This document shows, piece after piece, positions 55,401-64,000 of a stretch of 64,000 nucleotides of DNA. Position 1 is the stretch's first letter. Each line of letters starts with the position of its first letter. The translations under genes and the position numbers were made by a program. A model generated the notes under the pieces. It saw only the letters and a program-made list of their open reading frames with translations, ran no database searches and had not been told where the DNA came from. Source of the DNA: Chrysomallon squamiferum (taxonomy: Eukaryota; Animalia; Mollusca); contig CM022678.1 in NCBI GenBank assembly GCA_012295275.1, positions 11,160,001 to 11,224,000 on the forward strand, read 5' to 3'.

Positions 55401-57317
55401 GTTACTTAGCATTTATATTATATTTTAACTTTTCTATTTTTGTTTTATTATTTTTATTTCTTAATGTTATATTTACTTCTTATTTTTATCTATTTATTAT
55501 GTCTTCATTCATTTATTTATTTACATATTTACTTATTTACTTGTTTGTTTGTTTATTTTGTTTGTTTTTTTTCTCCACATTTCAGTTACCTGGTCAGTCA
55601 ACACCATCTTCACAGGCGCAAGTTTACTTCCCTTGTAAATCTTGTCTAGAAAGAAATACCAGTACCGCATGGCTGGTCCCTGAGAAACAACACAAAAAAA
55701 TTTAGAAATAGAAATAAAAACAAAACAGAAATACAAATACAAATCAAAATAACAATAGAAAAAAAAAAAAAAAAAAAATGTCTTCACACCTCAGAAGTAA
55801 CGTTTTATGTCCCATATTTTCAGTTTTATAATGCAGTGCTATATAAACTTAAAATAATTTTTTTTTTTTTTTAATTAAAAAAACTTTTCACAACCATGTC
55901 ATAAATATATACAGATTATAGACAAACATACAGACTATCACCCATACGCACAGAGGTAAGCACACACATATTCACAAAAAAAAGAAAATCACTCTAGCAC
56001 ACACACACACACACTCATCAATTTGAGATTAAGCTGCAATACTGAATTTTGAACAGGTAATGAAAATAAGGAAGCAGTTATTTAGAGACTACATCTGTAA
56101 AAAAAATGTCCAAACAGAAACAATGAATAATTCATAAAGCTAAATATGCTGTTAAAGAAATATTTTATATCCTCGACTGATCTTTTCCCACAATTTATTT
56201 GATCACTGACACAATTTTTCTACTTTTTGAGTTAAGGGACATTAATGACCCATCCACTGGCAACTTCAAAGAGATGTGCCACTTTTCAAGTGTTGTATTC
56301 AAAGTGTTTGTTTGATTCTGTTACACAAGTTTACAGTTAATTAAAGTCATATCTATCACCAGTAGTCAATCAGCTATATCATGAAACCTAACATTCAACA
56401 GATATGAAAGTCATATCAAAATTAAGCTTTTAACATAAAGAATATGAATATTTGTGTAAACACAGAAACACTAAATCAAACTCAATCACTGATCAGATAT
56501 ACAGAATTAATTATTTTCCAGGCCCTGTGATGTTTAAATAATTTTCTAATTTTTTTTTAACTATTTTTAAAATATTAATGAAGACTCAGCAGGACAAGTG
56601 AATGCAGAGACTAAACATTCAACTTAAATGTTTATCACAAGTGACTTTAACAACAGACTAAACATTCAACTTAAATGTGTATCACAAGTGACTTTAACAA
56701 CAGACTAAACATTCAACTTAAATGTTTATCACAAGTGACTTTAACAACAGACTAAACATTCAACTTAAATGTGTATCACAAGTGATTTTAACAACAGACT
56801 AAACATTCAACTTAAATGTTTATCACAAGTGACTTTAACAACAGACTAAACATTCAACTTAAATGTTTATCACAAGTGACTTTTAACAGTAATTAAAAAA
56901 AATATATTTTAACAGTAATTAAAAAAAATATATCTTACTTAAATCTTTTCACTTACCAAAACAATGGTGCCAAACAAGAAAAATCTAACTGTGCGGCCTG
57001 GTTCGTAGTTACCTCCCTTTCTCTCGACTATCATCTGACTACTTATGTCCCCTGCTGCCCCAAGGAACCCTGAAAATGTTGTACAAAAGTAACTGATCAC
57101 AAGTGAGTTACATACAGTGCGACTTTTATCTTTATTTAATAATTATAAACATAAAAAAATAATCACAAATGCGTCCGTGGGTTAGAACATTTTTAATGAT
57201 TATTTAATAATATGTTTTATTATTTTAATATTATTTTAATATACATTATGTATATGCACACATTACATACACATATACAATTATACATACTCACACACAG
57301 ATATAAACCAATATAGT

Positions 57318-57362
<45 letters not shown>

Positions 57363-58275
57363 TTTTCTTGTTAAAAAAAAAATATATATATGTAACAAAC
57401 AGTCAGAACACTTTTTTATTATTTATTTATTACTGTGATCAGTGATCAGAAGAAAATATCAGACTGAAATGTTTATAGACTTTTCACGCCCCCCCCACCT
57501 CTCACAATTAATGGTAAATTGTTTTGTTCAGACAACTGAAAGATTTCCAGCTACCACCCTGAACTGTGTGATTTTTAGTTTAACTTTGAGTGTGAAATTT
57601 CACCCTCGTTTCACACCACTGTGTATTGTTTCTGGTGAATACGCATGTGTCGTGTCATGAACTGATCATTTAATTGTACATTTAAGTGACTATTACACAC
57701 ATTTTGTTGTTAAATGTTCATGTCAGGTGATCTGCAAAAAAACCAGTCTCAATTCATTTCCTTATTTCTTATTAAAGACTACTTAAAAAAATAAAAATAA
57801 AAGTTCAGCCGGTAATATTTATCTCATTTAAATTTGATATAGATATTATTATAATTGCTTAGGATGGTTGATTGGTTAATCTTTCTGTTACCTGAACAAA
57901 TATTTCTCTTAGCTAATAAATGAAACGTAAGTGTGGTACGTTAGTCTACAATGATTCACTGAGACTCTATTTGTCTCTTTCACACAGAGAAATGCAAACT
58001 AATGAATTTTAAAAATTGATGCTCAGCAAATTTACAAAACTAAATCTGAGGCAAAGCTACTAGTTTTATTAATATGAGAATATTCTAAACATTTCCATGC
58101 ATTCGAGATTTACAAATACTTGTAAAACATGTTTAATGATAAAAGTTTGGTTTCTACATTCATTAACTATGCTATTTTTTCATTAATATTAAAATAATGT
58201 CAAAATTAATAAACTGCTGTAACTGAATCATACTTAAATAAATTTCTTTTATTATACATCAGGAGCTAATCATGA

Positions 58276-58308
<33 letters not shown>

Positions 58309-58703
58309 GACTTATAATCTGACACAACAAAAAATGTTTATCTCAGCATTATATGTTTCATTCGTCTTTGTGTTAGTAATGCAATAAAACATTAATAATG
58401 ATAAAGAAAACATTTATACAGCAAACTATTGAGAAAAACTTTGTTGTTGTTTACTGCCAGTAGTTAGATATTCGTTTGGCTCCTCCCCCAATAAAAAAAA
58501 AAAAAAATTAGTTGTACAACATCTGCAGCCTAGTGTAGGTAACACCCACTTTTCTCTAGTTCACTTACGAAATTGACAATAAAATGGTAACAGAACATAT
58601 CAGTATAAAATATGACTTATTGAACTGAACCTGTTGTGCCAGCCATTGTCAGCAAGGGACGCTTTTCTAAAACCCTTAAATATCTGCTCCACAATCCAGC
58701 CAT
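52217..58703 (-). CDS. MPV17: Mitochondrial inner membrane protein Mpv17, 7 coding exons, 176 aa
   Basis: Exons 58703-58631 (MAGLWSRYLRVLEKRPLLTMAGTT), 57069-56957 (GFLGAAGDISSQMIVER...GRTVRFFLFG), 55679-55590 (GPAMRYWYFFLDK...KMVLTDQ), 54336-54241 (ICFAPCILTIFLSGMSLLRG...), 53618-53586 (DFPSVLFSNYK), 52885-52833 (LWPATQLINFYFVPLHHR) and 52289-52217 (VLFINFVAFGWNTYLAW...*). All GT-AG and in phase, 531 nt in total. Confidence 0.95.
52900..53570. repeat. Compound (TAG/TAA/CAG)n microsatellite with a 42-bp higher-order unit, filling MPV17 intron 5
   Basis: AATAGTAGTAGTGTTAGCAGTAGCAGTGGTAGTAGTAGTAAT x4 at about 53395-53560; ACAGATGTAGTAGTAG units upstream. Confidence 0.9.
53870..54290. repeat. 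Degenerate ~90-bp tandem repeat that includes the 3' end and donor site of MPV17 exon 4
   Basis: About 5 units of TTTACAATCATTTTTATT...TCTTC...GTAAATATTAAGATAAAA; the last unit overlaps the coding exon. Confidence 0.7.
56607..56890. repeat. Minisatellite, 47-bp unit x ~6, in MPV17 intron 2
   Basis: AGACTAAACATTCAACTTAAATGTKTATCACAAGTGACTTTAACAAC repeated near-perfectly. Confidence 0.93.
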
Positions 58704-58795
58704 TTTCTCGAACAGTCGGTTAAAACAGTCACTAAATTAACAAAAAAAAAAAAAAAAAAAAAAAGAGCTTCATCAGCAAATGCGTCAGACACAAG

Positions 58796-58810
58796 GCGTC
58801 GCCATCTTTA
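58796..58810 (-). promoter_or_regulatory. YY1-type motif upstream of the MPV17 start
   Basis: CGCCATCTT (AAGATGGCG on the minus strand) about 100 nt 5' of the MPV17 ATG. Confidence 0.45.
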
Positions 58811-59930
58811 TCATTCTCATTGTAGTTTCCTTCTGCTAATATTTCATCCTCACCACTTGGCTGTAAACGTGTTTTACAGGTTTTCGTGAATACATTTATT
58901 TCGCTACAACTGTAGATTCTATAAAACAGTGTTGCTGCATTTAGTATATATGTGAATACGCAGTTTGAAACATGGTTCTTAATTTAAATCTGTTGTAGAT
59001 TAACATTTTCAAAGAGATCAAATAATCGTTTTAATAAATAAAAATATGAAGAAACTCAGCTTCGTCTCTCACTAATAAATCACAAATTAGTGATTTATTA
59101 ACATCATACTATTTAAAAATAATAATAATAATAATTAATAATAATAAAATAAAATTTTGTTTAGTTATTTAATTTCCTTGACTCAGAAATAAATTGAATT
59201 GGAAGTTTCTTCAACTCTCTGTTACCATGGTAATAAATATAAAAAAATTACGCAGTACAGTTTTCGCTTTCTCTCTTTCTTATGCTACGGTGGTAGTGGT
59301 TTATATCCATGTTGTTATGGTGTCTGTTAGTCAGATTTAGGGAAGCTGCATGTAAAACGCTTCTTTCTGCCAGTCTAAAAAATAAAAGATAGTCGTGGTA
59401 ATTGCGGGGTTTTTAACAACAAGTCTGTATTTCTGCCTCTTTTATTTGTTTCTTCGTTTCTCTAAGCCCCTCCCTTCTTTTATATCAACACTATTACTAC
59501 AACTGCTACAACAACAACAACAACAACAACAACTACTACTACTACTATTACTATTACTACTATTATTACTACTCTTATTATTACTACTACTACCACTATT
59601 ATTACCACAATAACAAGGACCAGAGACAGAGAGAGAGAGGTGAATAAGCAGGTATAAAGGTATAAATACAGTCAAGTAGGTAGACAGGTAAAGAGACAAA
59701 CAGACATATACATACACATGCATTCATACATCGTCAGCAAAATTAACTGACTGATAGACAGACAGATGGACAGACAGATAGATAGATAACTGTAGTAGTT
59801 GCAGTAGTATTAATAATAGTAGTAGTAATAGCAGCAGAAGTAGTTGTAGAAGTAGTAGTAATATGAATATAGGCAATGGTAGTAGCTTTTATTGTGGGTT
59901 TTTTTTTTTGTTTTTTTTGGGGGATTTGAC

Positions 59931-59980
<50 letters not shown>

Positions 59981-62234
59981 TTTTTTTTTTTTGTAAATTC
60001 TTTTATTGTAATTTCAGTAATTGGATATACTGGCTGTCAACTTTACGTCTATGTATGGGTGACGTTCTTTGTGGTTCTTTGCACGTATCAGTGAGTTCCT
60101 TTTAGTACCTGCTTTTAACATGAATACATATGACAGAAAATAATTATTTTCGAATCTGGAAGAAAATCCGGGTGAGCTAAACAACCCTTTCATTTCGTTC
60201 TCAACAAAACATGTATTCAAGTATGTATCGAATAAAGGTCTGGGTCGATAATATGTTTATTGATGCTCATCTATAGACGCCATTTTGGTCTTATATCCAG
60301 CGTAAACAGGTTTCCATATTTTTTTAATTTTTTTTTTCATTTTCTTTTCTTAATTTCACCTTCACCAAAATATGACACCCACGCTTCATACAGAGGAAAA
60401 TAATTAACAGATACAAAATTTTAGACAACAACTAAATCGTGTTCGACCTTAATTTCTAATCCGAAGCCAGAATAACAATTTTGACAACAACATCAACAAC
60501 ATAATTATAGTGTAAAGAATATAACAAAAACTAACATGATTATTAAATCACGGGTCTAAAATGTTACTGCGTCCACCTAAAATAAAATCAAACTTAGAAT
60601 CAAATACAGTCAAGGATTAATGGGTGTAAACTTTATCGGCAGATAACAATAATAATTAAAATAATTTACGCAGTTTCTTCTTCTTCTTCTTTTTCATGTT
60701 ATTTTTATTATTTCAGAAATTTGGCGATATATTTATTTCAGATATAGTAGAAAGGCAAAATAATTATGTGTTTGCGCTTTAAGACGTCTGAACTAGGTAA
60801 CTGATAAAGTGTCTGTTTAATAAAAATGCAATGTTTTTCATTCGTGCAAGCAAACTCCGCCCATTAAAAGTCCATCTGGTGAATCTGGGCGGAGTTTGTA
60901 TTAATTATTATAATAATTTATGAAATAGTAGTGCGAAAAGAAGAACAAACATAAAGGAGAAAAAAAAAAGAAAAGAAAGAAAGGAAACAAAAAGAAAAAA
61001 ATAAAATATATAATAAAAAATAAAAAGAAAAGAAAAAGAAAAAAAAAATAAAAATAAAAAGAAGAAAACTAAAATTAGAAAAAATACAAAATTATAATTT
61101 CATCATAAAATAATTTAAAAAATACAGATTTCTCATTTCAAATATTTCAAGATGGCGTTAATGGCAAAAAAAAAAAAAAAAAAAAAAAAAAGAACAAAAG
61201 AATGTTTTATTATTGTTATTATTATTATTAGTTATATCTTCTTGCTTCTCTGGAGCGGGAAGGAAACTTTTCAGCTGCAACAAAAAAAAACTTAACTTCT
61301 GATATTTCGTTTGACGCCGCCCCCCTCCCCGAACGGGCACCATCCCTCCCTACCCTACAGAAAATGTCAGTGAGTGCAAACAGTATCATTCGGCGTTATT
61401 GCGTTTCTGAATTTTACAGTCCAAACAAACAAACAAAATAATAAATAATTCGAGACGTTTGGCAATAATAATTCTGGCGGGAAATCTACCGTAAAGATAT
61501 GGCGACACGAAACAAAGGCGAAATAACCCGAGTCGAATTTATTCCTGTCATTCAGTCTTTAGAAAATGAATTGTTAGCAAACTATAATACACACATATAT
61601 AATAACCAGTATCAATAAGTGTGGATTTACTCTGCTGACAGTCACGTGTTCAGTCACGTGGTTAATCCAGGTATTAAAAATGCGTCAGTTGTTTACGAAT
61701 TGTCTAATCCAGAATGCACACATCTAGAAAATAAATAATAAAACTGAAACCGCTTTGAAAGAAAACGAGTTTATTAATCCCTTTGATATATTAAAAAAAT
61801 ATATACATGCAGGTTTTATTTGGTGTAATTTTGTCAACAACGACGTCGGTAACAAAAACAACGACCACGACAGCAGGAATATAGTGTATTAAAAAAAATA
61901 AAAATAAAAATAAATAAAAAATAATCACTTAATTATATTCTGTTAGTGAAATAATTAGTAAACTGTTGTAAAGTAAACATTATCATCATTTATTTATGTC
62001 TTTGTTTGCCCGTACGTCTGATTGTCATTCCAACCATTCATCCACTTGGTAAAACTTGTACGTATGTCCACGTGTTTGTGCGTGGTAATACACTGAATTT
62101 CCAAAGGTCGTTGAAGAAATGCTCTATTTTTCCGTCTGTTTGTCTGTATCTCTCTGTCCTATAGCCTTCTATTTATATATCTATGTATCTACATTTATCT
62201 AATTAGCTAACTTTGTCTATCCCGTATCTATCTG

Positions 62235-62279
<45 letters not shown>

Positions 62280-62461
62280 ATATCTATCTATCTTTCTTTC
62301 TTTCCATCTGTCTATCTGTCTGTCTGTCTGTCTATATATCTGTCTACCTGTATATCCATTTCTGTCTGTATGTCTGTCTCTTTACATCATCTATGTATCT
62401 AATATCTATCCGCTTCTGTCTATATATCTGTCTATCTCTCTTTATCTGTCTATTTTTCGAT

Positions 62462-62496
<35 letters not shown>

Positions 62497-62536
62497 ACCT
62501 ATGTATCTATAACACAACGAACTAGTAATATATATT

Positions 62537-62619
<83 letters not shown>

Positions 62620-63216
62620 GTAATTTCGCTGACTATGAAAATACAAGTTCACGGCTCAGTAAAGACAAGGTTCAAGGTTAAATCACTTACACCACAGTTA
62701 GAAACTGAGTTCAGTGAAGCGTGCAGATTATAATACACAGAGAGGCTTTTTCAGTGAATTAATATGTTTAAATATTTTACACTAATTTCTCGTGAATCGT
62801 TTCAACAAATACGATTTGTTTACCGTAAAACCTCAAAAAGTGCGACAGCACGATAATATATTAACTTTCAGTTACGGTAAAATAATAAATAAGTAAATAA
62901 ATAAATAAATACAAATATATATATATATATACAAGCCATAACAATCATAAGCATACACACACGTAGATGCACACACGCACACATACAAACACATACACAC
63001 AAATAAATACACGCATACAAACACATAGACACATACTCATGACTTCCTTAAAACATTTGAATATGTTTCTCTTTAAATATTTAAGAAAAGAAATTACAAA
63101 CCGCTAAAAGTTTTGCAAGTTTTCAAACTAAATACTAAAAGGAAGATAAGAAAAATGAACAATAGAAACAAAAACAACAAAACAACCCTCCCAAGAAGAA
63201 ACAAAATAATAATAAC

Positions 63217-63279
<63 letters not shown>

Positions 63280-64000
63280 AAGAAGAAGAATATATATATA
63301 TATATATATATAAAGGTTATCAAAATATTTTTTCTTTCATGGTCTTAATTTTCTTTACTGAATTTTAAAAATAAAGAAAAAAAGAAATAATGATAACGAC
63401 TACAGCACCTAACAAAACCGCGACCATCGACAACAACAACATCATTAACAACAACAACAACAGCAATACTGCTACTACTACTACTACTAATAATAATATC
63501 ATAAGAAGAAGAACAAACAAAAGAAATAAATAAATAATTAGAATAAATAAATATTTTCATATTTCTCAATTTTGTCTTTCCAAAAAATTATTTGGCGGCG
63601 AACTAACATCAATTCAGTGGTGAGACTGGTGTGTCAGTATGCGTGCATGCGTGCGTGCGTGTGCGTGTGCGTATGTAAGGGATAGGAATTTAGAAAAATA
63701 ATAAAATGTATAACTAATACAAATACTAAACTTTGATTGAAAGTTTTCGGGCGACACAACAGTTCATTTTCGTTACAGTTTATGAGCTTATCGAAAAATC
63801 GTCGTCACTATTTAAATGTTTTTTTTTTTTTTTTTTTTTTTTTGTTTACAGTTGGACAGTCCTATTCAGCAACTTCCCAGTCATTTTGTGTATCGACCTC
63901 TGTTTGACCCTAGCATTTTGGAAACCGAAAATTGCTTTACAATTGTCCATAGAAAAAATATATAAGTAAAAAAAAAAGAAAAAAAAAAAAAGAAAATTGC

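Noticed and set aside
55073-55705. 210-aa hydrophobic ORF on the + strand
   Set aside because: It is a low-complexity (TTA)n intron read antisense to MPV17 exon 3.
61498-61617. ATGGCG-initiated short ORF (MATRNKGEITRVEF...)
   Set aside because: No recognisable homology or good donor site; ATGGCG is equally explained as a YY1-like motif.

Overview
AT-rich, microsatellite-dense eukaryotic (animal; probably lophotrochozoan/molluscan, by inference) genomic DNA, so most entries in the ORF track are simple-repeat artefacts. Splicing exons by hand gives six genes: the 3' half of a LAMMER/CLK (Doa-type) kinase (+), a PRMT and a DHHC palmitoyltransferase whose CDSs are both intronless (-), MRPS14 (-, with a decayed LINE in intron 2), EEF1A (+, TATA/TCT promoter) and a 7-exon MPV17 (-) that the ORF track almost entirely misses. 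The main result is the 3' end of the CLK gene. It has two paralogous, phase-identical copies of the post-LAMMER insert exon (11545-11632 and 12255-12345; the second is absent from the ORF track), a possible 10-nt microexon in the same phase between them, and two paralogous terminal exons encoding kinase subdomain XI. One terminal exon is short and canonical; the other carries a ~500-aa disordered tail. This points to a combinatorial, mutually exclusive splicing switch that rebuilds the kinase C-lobe. All coordinates were counted by hand and no database searches were run.
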